Assembly (NCBI GenBank): GCA_024697985.1
Contig: JAILRX010000210.1
Location: 1-37,071 of the forward strand
Length of the DNA: 37,071 nucleotides
Reading direction: 5' to 3'
From: Treponemataceae bacterium
Lineage (GTDB): Bacteria > Spirochaetota > Spirochaetia > Treponematales > Treponemataceae
The notes beneath the pieces were generated by a model that did not search any database, was not told the DNA's origin, and saw only the letters and a list, made by a program, of their open reading frames with translations. This document shows, piece by piece, positions 1 through 8,785 of this stretch. The position numbers and the translations under genes were made by a program. The first letter of the stretch is position 1; every line of letters starts with the position of its first letter.

Positions 1-735
1 TGTAACCCTGCTGCAGGCCAGAGTTGCCACAAAGCTATGGTTCGTTTCCCTCAGGGAAATTTTGCAATGTTCAACTATAAAGTATCTTTTGCAGGAACAG
101 ATTATGCTTTCTATGAAATCATGAGTGAAGAAGTTGCAAAAGGAATCATCGGTGCATATGGCGGAGGAGCTTCTGATTCTGGTTTTAAACCGGATGCAGG
201 AATTGGTACTACTGCTGGGGGCATGAACATGGGCGGCGGCATGAACATGGGTGGCATGAACATGGGCGGCATGAACATGGGCGGCATGAACATGGGCGGC
301 GGCATGAATATGGGCGGAATGAACATGGGTGGCATGAATATGGGCGGCATGAATATGGGCGGCATGAACATGGGCGGAATGAACATGGGTGGCGTTCCTG
401 GAATGTACGGTGGAATGCCTAACGTTCAGAACGTAACTTATCCTTCTCTTGGTGGCGGAGTTGCCAGCAGTGAACAGGGAAATATCGGTCTTATCATGGA
501 CGTTAAGATGGAAATGACCGTAGAATTGGGTCGTACAAAACGTCTTATCAAAGATATCCTTGGAATGGGTGAAGGTACAATTATAGAGCTTGAAAAACAG
601 GCCGGTGAACCTGTAGATATTCTTGTAAACAACAAACCAATTGCAAAGGGAGAAGTTGTAGTTATCGATGAAAACTTTGGTGTTCGTGTAACTGAAATTC
701 TTTCTCCTGCAGAAAGGCTTCCTGATACGCAGTAA
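1..735 (+). CDS. fliY: Flagellar motor switch protein FliY/FliN, 5'-truncated by the window edge
   Basis: Frame 1 is open from nt 1, with no stop before the ATG at 37, so the gene probably starts upstream of the window. The C-terminal ~85 aa ([69 protein letters not shown]) form a typical FliN/SpoA domain. The gene lies directly upstream of fliO-fliP, as in spirochaete and Firmicute fla operons. Confidence 0.85.
   Translation, partial: CNPAAGQSCHKAMVRFPQGNFAMFNYKVSFAGTDYAFYEIMSEEVAKGIIGAYGGGASDSGFKPDAGIGTTAGGMNMGGGMNMGGMNMGGMNMGGMNMGGGMNMGGMNMGGMNMGGMNMGGMNMGGMNMGGVPGMYGGMPNVQNVTYPSLGGGVASSEQGNIGLIMDVKMEMTVELGRTKRLIKDILGMGEGTIIELEKQAGEPVDILVNNKPIAKGEVVVIDENFGVRVTEILSPAERLPDTQ
217..393 (+). 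repeat. In-frame tandem repeat of 15-nt units (two 18-nt variants) encoding [11 protein letters not shown] x11 inside fliY
   Basis: Direct reading gives ggc atg aac atg ggc(ggc) repeated 11 times, with only synonymous wobble differences (aac/aat, ggc/ggt/gga). The translation is [59 protein letters not shown]. Confidence 0.95.
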
Positions 736-751
736 AGTTTGTTGATTTTGG

Positions 752-1411
752 GTGGGGGAAAATACGAAAAATTCAATTAAAAAACTCATTTTAGCAGTAT
801 CTGTTGTATTGATGATATTGTCTGTTTGTCCTCTTTATGCTCAATCGCAAAATGAATCAACAGCTTTGACGGAACTTCAGGAAAAAGAAAATGAAGCTTT
901 TTCCAATATGTTTTCTGAAACAAATGAAAATAACGGTACTGAACGTCGTGAGCCTAATACTTTCTGGCTCTTTTTCAGAACCCTTCTTGTTTTAATCCTT
1001 GTAGTAGTTGCCATTTACTTTATTTTTAAGTTTGTCAAAAAATCCACTAATGTCGGTGGTAATGATAAAGATCCTTATCTAAAAAAAGTTGCATCAGTTT
1101 CTCTTGCGGCCGGCAAATCCGTTCAGGTTGTGACATTGCAGGATCATTGTTATGTCCTTGGTGTAGGTGACGATGCGGTTACCTTGATCTCCGAACTTGA
1201 TATGGAAAAAGACAAGGAACTTATCGCTTCAATGAACATCAATAAGGATTCCGAGCCTACTAAAACTCGAAAAGATTTCGCAACAATTTTTGCTTCGGTA
1301 ATGGGAGTGAAAAAAAATAAGAACGAAGATAACTTGAAATCAAGCCTTTTCAGCCTTCATCGTCAGTCAGACAGACTTCAAAAAAGGGAGAAGTCGGATG
1401 AAGATCAGTAA
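752..1411 (+). CDS. fliO: FliO/FliZ-type flagellar biosynthesis membrane protein
   Basis: It sits between fliN/Y and fliP and overlaps fliP by 14 nt. It has an N-terminal signal-like segment and one central TM helix (FWLFFRTLLVLILVVVAIYFIF). The assignment is mainly positional. The GTG start at 752 is uncertain because no clean SD is present. Confidence 0.6.
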   Translation: MGENTKNSIKKLILAVSVVLMILSVCPLYAQSQNESTALTELQEKENEAFSNMFSETNENNGTERREPNTFWLFFRTLLVLILVVVAIYFIFKFVKKSTNVGGNDKDPYLKKVASVSLAAGKSVQVVTLQDHCYVLGVGDDAVTLISELDMEKDKELIASMNINKDSEPTKTRKDFATIFASVMGVKKNKNEDNLKSSLFSLHRQSDRLQKREKSDEDQ

Positions 1412-2207
1412 GTTTCTTGCAATATTTCTTTTGATTTTTACAGTTTCTTCATTTTTGCCTGTCTATTCACAGTCGTCAACTTCTCGCGGAACGACTCAGA
1501 TGAATAACCGGGTATCTAATGTTGACATTCCTCTCGTAGATCTTTCAATCAGGGAACCGAATTCCGGAAAGGAAGTTGCTTTTTCAGTTCAGGTAATGAT
1601 TTTGCTGACGATCCTTTCGCTGGCACCAAGCATCCTGATTTTGATGACCTGTTTTCTGCGTTTTTCAATTGTTCTTGATTTTATTAAGAGAGCGCTTTCT
1701 TTGCAGCAGGTGCCTCCGACTACGGTTCTTAACGGAATCGCTTTTTTTATGACGCTTTTTGTCATGTGGCCGACCTTCAATCAAATCTACACAAATTCAT
1801 TCAAGCCGATGAGTGACGGACAGATTGCTCTTGACGAGGCCTTCGTTCAGGCTGAAGCTCCGCTCCGTCTTTTTATGTTCCAGCAGCTTGGTGATGACGA
1901 AACTACAATCGAAACCTTTATGGGTATGGCAAAATTGCCTCAGCCGAGAAATCCATCAGATGTTCCAACTTACATTCTGATTCCTGCATATATCCTACAC
2001 GAGCTAACAATAGCCTTTAAAATAGGTGTTTTGCTATATATTCCGTTTATTGTAATTGATATGGTCGTTGCAAGTATCCTTATGTCCATGGGTATGATCA
2101 TGCTTCCTCCGGTCCAGATTTCTATGCCTTTCAAACTGATGGTTTTCATTTTGGTGGACGGATGGAATCTTTTGACACAGCAGCTTTTTGTTTCTGTTCT
2201 AAGGTGA
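1398..2207 (+). CDS. fliP: Flagellar export apparatus protein FliP
   Basis: 269 aa with a signal peptide and polytopic membrane topology. It carries FliP-like conserved blocks (ILLTILSLAPSILILMTCFLRFSIVL; IPAYILHELTIAFKIGVLLYIPFIVIDMVVASILMSMGM). A GGGAGAAG SD precedes the ATG. Confidence 0.95.
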   Translation: MKISKFLAIFLLIFTVSSFLPVYSQSSTSRGTTQMNNRVSNVDIPLVDLSIREPNSGKEVAFSVQVMILLTILSLAPSILILMTCFLRFSIVLDFIKRALSLQQVPPTTVLNGIAFFMTLFVMWPTFNQIYTNSFKPMSDGQIALDEAFVQAEAPLRLFMFQQLGDDETTIETFMGMAKLPQPRNPSDVPTYILIPAYILHELTIAFKIGVLLYIPFIVIDMVVASILMSMGMIMLPPVQISMPFKLMVFILVDGWNLLTQQLFVSVLR

Positions 2208-2219
2208 GAGGTTTAGTCT

Positions 2220-2483
2220 ATGACAGTCGGTCTTATCGTTTCAATCCTGCAGGGTGGAATCATCCAGGTTTTAAAATGTGCGCTTCCGGTTTTGCTTGTT
2301 GCCCTCGTTGTCGGTTTGATAATTGCAATTTTACAGGCAGTAACCTCGATTCAGGAACAGACTTTAACTTTTGTTCCTAAGATTCTTGCAATCCTTGCAG
2401 TCCTTGCCCTTTTGGGCTCATTTATTTTCTCTTCAATGAAAGATTACACAGTTCAACTGTTTCAAATGATCGGCCAGATGTAA
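2220..2483 (+). CDS. fliQ: Flagellar export apparatus protein FliQ
   Basis: An 87-aa two-TM protein located between fliP and fliR. The segment LLVALVVGLIIAILQAVTSIQEQTLTFVPKI is typical of FliQ. Confidence 0.93.
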   Translation: MTVGLIVSILQGGIIQVLKCALPVLLVALVVGLIIAILQAVTSIQEQTLTFVPKILAILAVLALLGSFIFSSMKDYTVQLFQMIGQM

Positions 2484-2500
2484 AGGGAGAAATAAAATAA

Positions 2501-3328
2501 TTGTTGAATACGATTGTTCAGAATGCACCATTTTTTCTCTTGATTGCAGTCAGATGTTTTGCGCTTCTGATGACACTTCCTCTTTTTTCTATGCGTGGTG
2601 TTCCTCGTGTAGCTAAGATTGCCTTGGCCGGCTACATGGCCTTCATGATTTTACCTTTAGTTTATAACAGCGGCTGGCAGTTCAATGAATATTTTGCCGC
2701 CAAGGACATTGCATCGGGAGCGTGGTCTGCACAGTACATCATGCTTTTGATTGGCGAAGGATTGATAGGAATTATCATCGGTTTTTATGTGTCCTTGATT
2801 TTTGCAGCTTTCAGCAGTGCCGGTCAGTTCTTTTCTTTTCAGATGGGTTTTTCTGCAGCAGAAGCCTACGATGCGCTTTCACAAATCGAAAATCCTTTGA
2901 TGGGTCAGTATCTTAACCTTGTTGCAATGCTGGTTTTCCTTCAGACAAACGGGTTTCAAAAAATTTTTTTGAGCGGTCTTTTGCGCAGTTTTGAATCTAT
3001 CAATGCTTACTCTCTTGTTTATTGTAAGGAAAATTTCGTCCGATTTTTGCTCAGAGGTTTGAGCGATCTTTTCCTCGATGGCATGATGATTGCCTTTCCT
3101 TTGGTAGGAACTTTGTTTTTAATATCCATTACGATGGGTCTTTTGTCAAAAGCAGCTCCTCAGATGAACCTTTTAAGTGAAGGTCTTCCTATCACGATAA
3201 CCGTTTCGTTTTTGATTCTTTTGGTTCTTTTGCCTGTAATGATTGATTTTTTCACTATGTCCTTTGATCAGGCTTACGAAAACATTTCGCTCTTGTTCAG
3301 CAGGGTAGCGAAGGCGGTGGCAAAATGA
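2501..3328 (+). CDS. fliR: Flagellar export apparatus protein FliR
   Basis: 275-aa polytopic membrane protein. It has a TTG start after an AGGGAGA SD, and its stop overlaps the flhB start (ATGA). Position and length fit FliR. Confidence 0.9.
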   Translation: MLNTIVQNAPFFLLIAVRCFALLMTLPLFSMRGVPRVAKIALAGYMAFMILPLVYNSGWQFNEYFAAKDIASGAWSAQYIMLLIGEGLIGIIIGFYVSLIFAAFSSAGQFFSFQMGFSAAEAYDALSQIENPLMGQYLNLVAMLVFLQTNGFQKIFLSGLLRSFESINAYSLVYCKENFVRFLLRGLSDLFLDGMMIAFPLVGTLFLISITMGLLSKAAPQMNLLSEGLPITITVSFLILLVLLPVMIDFFTMSFDQAYENISLLFSRVAKAVAK

Positions 3329-4419
3329 GCGCTAAACATTTGGATTTGCAGTGGTTTGCCGCCGAAGATGAAGGTAAGACCGAGGAGCCTACCGAGCATA
3401 GGTTAAGTGAGGCTAGAAAAGAAGGTCGTGTTGCAAAAAGCCAGGAGATTCCCGGAGCCCTTGTCTTATTGCTCCCCGTAATTGCCCTTATTTTGCTTGC
3501 ACCCTGGTTTTTCAAGAATTGTGTTGGAATTTTCCGTTTTTATTTTGAGCGCGTCTCGGAAGTTAATCTTGAAGATCCTGCTCTTGTAGCAGCTTTCTAC
3601 AAATATTATCTCAAGTTTTTTATACCGATTGCGGCTGTTGCCATTGTTGCCGCAATTGCCGGTAATGTATTTCAGACCCGTGGATTTTTATTTTCGACAA
3701 AACCTATTGAGCCAAAATTTTCAAATATTGTTCCGAATTTTGCACGTTATTTCAAAAAGACCGTCGCATCGAGAACTGGAGCCTTTAATTTTATCAAGAG
3801 CATCCTAAAAGTTGCCGTAATTTTTTTGCTTTCATATCTTGTGATAAAAAATGATATGTCAAACCTTCTTCTTTTGATGAAGGTCAATCTTTGGTCAGCC
3901 TTTCACTATGTTGCAAAGATGGCCGCGAGAATTCTTTTGTTTTCATCCGTGATTTTTCTTGTGATTTCAATCCCTGATTATGTAATTCAGAGGATGGATT
4001 TTATGGAATCAATGAAAATGACAAAGCAGGAAGTAAAGGAAGAATACAAGCAGTTGGAAGGAGATCCACTTGTAAAGAGCCGTCTTCGACAGCAGATGCA
4101 GCAGATGCTCTACCAGAATCTTCCTAAAATTGTTTCCGAAGCCGACGTTGTAATCACCAACCCAACGCATTTTGCTGTTGTCATCAAGTACGATGAAAAA
4201 GTGCACGCTGCTCCTGTAGTTACTGCAAAGGGTGAGGATGATCTTGCTCAAAGAATCAAGCGAATTGCGCGCGAAAACGGCATTGAAATTGTAGAAAATA
4301 AACTTATTGCAAGAGAACTCTATGCGAAAGTTAAAATTGGTGATATAATACCAGAAGAGTTTTATCAAACTATGTCCATTATTTTGGCAAAGGTTTTCTC
4401 CTTGCGAAATAAAAAATAG
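3325..4419 (+). CDS. flhB: Flagellar export switch protein FlhB
   Basis: The N-terminus (EDEGKTEEPTEHRLSEARKEGRVAKSQE) is typical of FlhB/YscU. The NPTH autocleavage motif is present (VVITNPTHFAVV). Confidence 0.96.
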   Translation: MSAKHLDLQWFAAEDEGKTEEPTEHRLSEARKEGRVAKSQEIPGALVLLLPVIALILLAPWFFKNCVGIFRFYFERVSEVNLEDPALVAAFYKYYLKFFIPIAAVAIVAAIAGNVFQTRGFLFSTKPIEPKFSNIVPNFARYFKKTVASRTGAFNFIKSILKVAVIFLLSYLVIKNDMSNLLLLMKVNLWSAFHYVAKMAARILLFSSVIFLVISIPDYVIQRMDFMESMKMTKQEVKEEYKQLEGDPLVKSRLRQQMQQMLYQNLPKIVSEADVVITNPTHFAVVIKYDEKVHAAPVVTAKGEDDLAQRIKRIARENGIEIVENKLIARELYAKVKIGDIIPEEFYQTMSIILAKVFSLRNKK

Positions 4420-4464
4420 TTTTGATGGGGCTTTTGCAAAGAAAGTCATAATGGGTGGGGACTC

Positions 4465-6570
4465 GTGGCTGAAAATACAAAAAGACGCATAAATTTAGGA
4501 AAGTTAGATTTTAAAAACTCAACAAGTCTGGCGATGGGCAGTGCTGTTATCGTTATCGTTTTGATGCTGATTGTACCGCTTCCAACACCAGTTCTCGATT
4601 TTTTAATGGCTTGTAACCTGCTGTTCTCAGTTTTAATCATCTTGATGTCAGTTTTTATTACAAAGGCCGTTGATTTTTCAACTTTTCCTACGATACTTCT
4701 TATATCAACAGTATTCGGACTAGGTATTAACGTTTCTTCTACACGAATGATTCTGGCTAAAGGTGCAAACTTTGACGGAAAAATGGTAACTGCGTTCGGC
4801 AGCTTTGTTGTCGGTGGTGATGAAACCTTGGCCGGTCTTGTAATCGGTATTGTAATCTTTTTCATCTTGATTCTCGTTCAGATGATGGTAATCACAAAGG
4901 GTGCAACCCGAATCACTGAAGTTCAGGCTCGATTTACCTTGGACGCAATGCCTAACAAAATGATGGCAATTGATGCTGAATTCAACTCTGGTACGATCGA
5001 TGAAAATGAGGCAAGAAAACGCAAAATTGATTTGCAGCGCGAGGTAGATTTTTATTCAGCCATGGACGGTGCAAGTAAATTTATTTCCGGTTCGGCAAAA
5101 CTTGGAATTGCCGTAACGGTATTGAACCTTGTTGCAGGTATTGCAATCGGTATGGGATTCCGTCACGAATCAGATGTTTTTGCAACATATACACGATTTA
5201 CTATTGGAGACGGTCTTCTTTCTCAGATTCCTTCTCTTTTGGTTTCTGTAGCAACAGGTCTTGTCGTTACTCATACAGCCTCTGATGATACAAGGCCTCT
5301 CGGTGATCAGGTTAAATCTGAATTTACCAAGAATTCGCTCATGTATTATATCGCAGGTGGAACGATGGCTCTTTTTGGAGTCCTCCCAGGATTTCCTTGG
5401 TATATTCTCATTCCGATGGCTGCAATCGTAATCTTTCTTGGTTACAGACTCAGTTCTTCTCAGAAAAAAGAAAAGGCCGCAAAAATTCAGGCAGAGGAAA
5501 AGAGCAAGGCTGCAAAATCTTCTTCTCCAACAAATGTAAGTCCTATCGTGCCGCTTGATCCTCTTGCTCTCGAACTTGGCTACAGCCTCATCAGTCTTAT
5601 CGATCCTGAAAAGGGCGGAGACCTCAAGGAACGAATCAAGAATATCAGAAGCGAGCTTGGAAATGAGCTTGGTCTTGTAGTTCCTCCGATTAGAATGACG
5701 GATAATATCAACCTTGAAGCAAGCGAATATCTTTTCAGAATAAAGGGTGCGAAAGTTGGTTCTGCTACAATTCGAACCGGCTGTTATCTTTGTATGAATA
5801 CAGGTGGAGTTACCGAAGAAATTCCAGGTGATGCAACTGTGGATCCTGCATTTGGAATGCCGGCTATCTGGGTTTCTCCTGAAAACTGCGAGCTTGCTGA
5901 GCGAAACGGCTATACGATTATCGATCCTCCTACTGTAATTGCAACTCATATCACTGAGATGATCAAGAAAAATGCAAGCGAAATACTTGGCCGTCAGGAA
6001 GTACGCGCTATTCTTGATGAACTTAAAAAGACCTATCCGACAGTTGTTGAAGAAGTTGAAAAAGGCTTTACGGTCGGGGAAATTCAGAAAGTTCTTCAGG
6101 GCTTGCTTCGTGAACAGGTTTCAATCCGAAATATGGTTGTTATCCTTGAAACTATGGCCGATTACGCTTCAGTTACAAAAGATACTACGATTCTTGTTGA
6201 AAAAGTTCGTCAGCATCTGGCAAAACAGATTTCAAGTCAGTATGTTGATGACAACAATACGATGCATGTTCTTACTGTTGAGCCTTCGTTCTGTCAGAAG
6301 ATTGCAGACGCTCAAAAGCTTGAGACTGATCACGGCCTTATGCCGATTCTTGAGCCGGTTGAGCAGAAGAATTGGATTTCTGCAGTCAGTTCCTGTGTAG
6401 CTCAGACCCAGAACAGCGGTTATGTTCCGATAATTCTTTGTCCACAGGAAGTGCGCTCGTTGATTAAACTTAGCTTTGAAAGGGAAATGCCAGGTCTTGT
6501 TGTTTTATCAATACCTGAAATTGATAGAGAAGTAAAACTTGTTTCTTTGGGGGAGATTCATGTTGAGTGA
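4465..6570 (+). CDS. flhA: Flagellar export gate protein FlhA
   Basis: 701 aa. It has an N-terminal polytopic domain and the conserved block MPNKMMAIDAEFNSGTIDENEARKRKIDLQREVDFYSAMDGASKFISGSAKLGI, followed by a large cytoplasmic C-terminal domain. The GTG start follows GGGTGGGGA. Confidence 0.97.
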   Translation: MAENTKRRINLGKLDFKNSTSLAMGSAVIVIVLMLIVPLPTPVLDFLMACNLLFSVLIILMSVFITKAVDFSTFPTILLISTVFGLGINVSSTRMILAKGANFDGKMVTAFGSFVVGGDETLAGLVIGIVIFFILILVQMMVITKGATRITEVQARFTLDAMPNKMMAIDAEFNSGTIDENEARKRKIDLQREVDFYSAMDGASKFISGSAKLGIAVTVLNLVAGIAIGMGFRHESDVFATYTRFTIGDGLLSQIPSLLVSVATGLVVTHTASDDTRPLGDQVKSEFTKNSLMYYIAGGTMALFGVLPGFPWYILIPMAAIVIFLGYRLSSSQKKEKAAKIQAEEKSKAAKSSSPTNVSPIVPLDPLALELGYSLISLIDPEKGGDLKERIKNIRSELGNELGLVVPPIRMTDNINLEASEYLFRIKGAKVGSATIRTGCYLCMNTGGVTEEIPGDATVDPAFGMPAIWVSPENCELAERNGYTIIDPPTVIATHITEMIKKNASEILGRQEVRAILDELKKTYPTVVEEVEKGFTVGEIQKVLQGLLREQVSIRNMVVILETMADYASVTKDTTILVEKVRQHLAKQISSQYVDDNNTMHVLTVEPSFCQKIADAQKLETDHGLMPILEPVEQKNWISAVSSCVAQTQNSGYVPIILCPQEVRSLIKLSFEREMPGLVVLSIPEIDREVKLVSLGEIHVE

Positions 6571-7789
6571 TGACGGAGTTTTTACTGTTGAAGGTGAAGA
6601 TGATCAGAGCTGTTATATGCAGATTGAAAGACAGTATGCAAAAGGCTCTTACAATATAATCAATCGCAAATCTATTAATTTGAAAACCGGTCCATTTAAG
6701 CTTTTTAAAAAACCGGGAGTTCAGCTGACTTATCGCGTAAATTATCCTGGCTCGATTTATAGAAATTCAATGTACAATTCCATGACTAAGAATTTTAATC
6801 TGGAAAATACAAAGAATGAAATTTTGGAACAGTCCGGAAAGAAAATTGATGCGCGGATTGATATTCTGACCGAAGCTGTAAAAAAAATGCAGGATACGCT
6901 TGAGACAAAATCTTTTGGTACCGCAGAAACAGAACATCCGACAATTACCAAACTTACCGAATGGCTCGAGGACAATGAGTTTTCTGCTTCGTATATAAAA
7001 AATATCTGTGAAAGGGCAAGAAAAGTTTTTTCAGTTGATGATCTTGAAGATTTTGATGAAGTTCAAAAGCAGGTTGCACTTTGGATCGGTGAAAAAGTAA
7101 AGGTTTCTAAAGTTCAGCTTAAGGCTCTTCCTGAAATCATCCTTCTCGTTGGTCCGACCGGAGTTGGAAAAACAACAACTATTGCAAAGCTTGCCTATAA
7201 ATACGCTTACGATCAGTGCGTTGACGGTTCAAGAAAAATCGGCCACATCATAACAACAGACTGGAATAAGATCGGAGCTTTTCAGCAGATCGAGACTTTC
7301 GCTACGATTCTTGAAATGCCCGTTTCTAAAGTTACAACTCATGACGATTTTGTCACTTTGATTGAACAGAATAAGGATCATGATGATTTTATAATTGTTG
7401 ATACTGCAGGATTCAGTCCTAAGGATTATGAAAATCTTGCAAAACAGAAAAAAGTTCTCGATGTTAAAAATTACAAGGTTCAGGTCCTTTTGTGTATGGC
7501 AGCTTCAACCAAGTTAAGCGACATGAAGGACATAATGCAGCAGTTTGAAATTTTCGGATATGATTCAGTCATCATTACTAAATTTGACGAATCAAATCAT
7601 ATTGGAAACATAATCTGTGCTTTGGAAAGCAAAAATAAAAGTATTTCATATATTACAACAGGACAGAAGGTTCCTGAATGCATAGAGGAAGCATCTGTTG
7701 GCAGAATGCTTATGGAGTTGACCGACTGCAACTTAAGTCGTGAAAGTATTGAAGAAAAGTTCGGACCTATAGTCCAGAACAGACAATAA
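6560..7789 (+). CDS. flhF: Flagellar SRP-type GTPase FlhF
   Basis: GTPase motifs are present: LVGPTGVGKTTTIAKLA (G1), IVDTAGFSP (G3) and ITKFDES (G4). I prefer the ATG at 6560, preceded by a GGGGGAG SD, over the TTG at 6539 given in the ORF track. With this start it overlaps the flhA stop by 11 nt. Confidence 0.9.
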   Translation: MLSDDGVFTVEGEDDQSCYMQIERQYAKGSYNIINRKSINLKTGPFKLFKKPGVQLTYRVNYPGSIYRNSMYNSMTKNFNLENTKNEILEQSGKKIDARIDILTEAVKKMQDTLETKSFGTAETEHPTITKLTEWLEDNEFSASYIKNICERARKVFSVDDLEDFDEVQKQVALWIGEKVKVSKVQLKALPEIILLVGPTGVGKTTTIAKLAYKYAYDQCVDGSRKIGHIITTDWNKIGAFQQIETFATILEMPVSKVTTHDDFVTLIEQNKDHDDFIIVDTAGFSPKDYENLAKQKKVLDVKNYKVQVLLCMAASTKLSDMKDIMQQFEIFGYDSVIITKFDESNHIGNIICALESKNKSISYITTGQKVPECIEEASVGRMLMELTDCNLSRESIEEKFGPIVQNRQ

Positions 7790-7815
7790 AAATATAAATC
7801 AATGGGGTATGAATT

Positions 7816-8715
7816 ATGGAAGATCAGGCTTCAGAATTGCGCATGATGATGCAAAAACGAATGGAAAATACTATAAAAAAATCACCTTATGCTACAAAAA
7901 AGGTGGAAGAACATAAAACTCGAATTATTGCGATTACCAGTGGAAAGGGTGGTGTTGGTAAATCGAACATCGCCGTAAACATGGCTATCCAGTATGCTCA
8001 GATCGGAAAAAAAGTAATCTTGATTGATGCCGACCTTGGTATGGCTAACGTCAACGTACTTTTGAACGTCGTTCCTTCCGCAAACCTTCTGCATGTAATT
8101 GATAAGGGCAAGAAAATGGATGAAATCATCCTGCCTACAGAATACGGAATCCGTTTTATTGCCGGAGCAAACGGATTTTCAAGGATCGCAAACCTTGAAA
8201 AAGATGAGCTGGACTTTTTCGTCAAGGAATTTTCAGCACTTGCTGATGCGGATATCATCATTATAGATACTGGTGCAGGTATTTCAAACAACGTTTTGAG
8301 TTTTGTTGCCGCTGCTGATGAAGTATATGTAGTTACAACTCCGGAACCGACAGCAATTACCGATGCGTACGGAATGATTAAGATTATCGCAACAGAACTT
8401 CCTCTTTCAGAATTGAACATGAAGCTTATCGTAAACCGTGTCCATTCAGCAGATGAAGGAAAACGAGTTTCAGACCGAATCATCAATATTGCCGCTCAGT
8501 TCTTGAACTACAAAATAGAATATCTTGGTTTTATTTACGATGATCCGCAGGTTTCAATTTCTGTTGTGCGTCAAAAACCTTTTATTATTGCAAATCCAAA
8601 TTCAAATCCAGCAAAATGCATCAAGCATATTGTCGGACGAATTGAAAAGACAGATTTTGATGATGATGAGGGATTTTCGAGATTTTTGAGAAAATTTACA
8701 GGAAAAAAGAAGTGA
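7816..8715 (+). CDS. flhG: MinD/ParA-type flagellar number regulator FlhG (YlxH)
   Basis: Deviant Walker A SGKGGVGKSN. The N-terminal EDQASELR matches the DQAxxLR FlhF-activating motif. The C-terminal basic amphipathic tail (GFSRFLRKFTGKKK) resembles a MinD-type membrane-targeting helix. Confidence 0.9.
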   Translation: MEDQASELRMMMQKRMENTIKKSPYATKKVEEHKTRIIAITSGKGGVGKSNIAVNMAIQYAQIGKKVILIDADLGMANVNVLLNVVPSANLLHVIDKGKKMDEIILPTEYGIRFIAGANGFSRIANLEKDELDFFVKEFSALADADIIIIDTGAGISNNVLSFVAAADEVYVVTTPEPTAITDAYGMIKIIATELPLSELNMKLIVNRVHSADEGKRVSDRIINIAAQFLNYKIEYLGFIYDDPQVSISVVRQKPFIIANPNSNPAKCIKHIVGRIEKTDFDDDEGFSRFLRKFTGKKK

Positions 8716-8738
8716 AATTCTCCAAAATTACAAATTGC

Positions 8739-8767
8739 TTGACCGAACTCATTTTTTGCCTTAATCT
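8739..8767 (+). promoter_or_regulatory. Possible internal sigma-70-like promoter (TTGACC-N17-TAATCT)
   Basis: The hexamers were read directly in the 67-nt flhG to next-gene gap. This is a sequence match only. Confidence 0.25.
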
Positions 8768-8785
8768 ATTTAGGGAGGATTATTG

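Noticed and set aside
111-386. 91-aa minus-strand ORF ([10 protein letters not shown]...) opposite the fliY repeat
   Set aside because: It is the mirror image of the GGMNM tandem repeat, because ATG/CAT-rich repeats stay open on the antisense strand. It lies wholly inside a well-supported FliY/FliN reading frame and has no start context.
217-393. Possibility that the short tandem repeat is a CRISPR-like or non-coding array
   Set aside because: The period is only 15-18 nt and there are no unique spacers. The repeat is exactly in frame with flanking FliY sequence. The differences between units are synonymous, which indicates coding constraint.
5170-5949. 259-aa minus-strand ORF inside flhA. 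Similar long shadow ORFs occur at 7998-8486 (-), 10634-11014 (-), 11272-11970 (+, out of frame in the DUF342 gene), 22034-22647 (-) and 23066-23578 (-).
   Set aside because: All lie entirely within strongly supported conserved genes. Their translations are low-complexity or Cys/Ser/Phe-rich with no recognisable motifs. Such antisense or off-frame ORFs are expected in AT-rich, codon-biased DNA.
6539-6559. Upstream alternative starts given by the ORF track: flhF TTG 6539, pnp ATG 21608, ribF ATG 20316, dut TTG 24977, and the second Lpt permease ATG 26686
   Set aside because: In each case a downstream ATG has a better SD and/or a start-stop overlap with the preceding gene. That downstream ATG also yields the family-typical N-terminus. 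The longer forms remain possible, but I consider them less likely.
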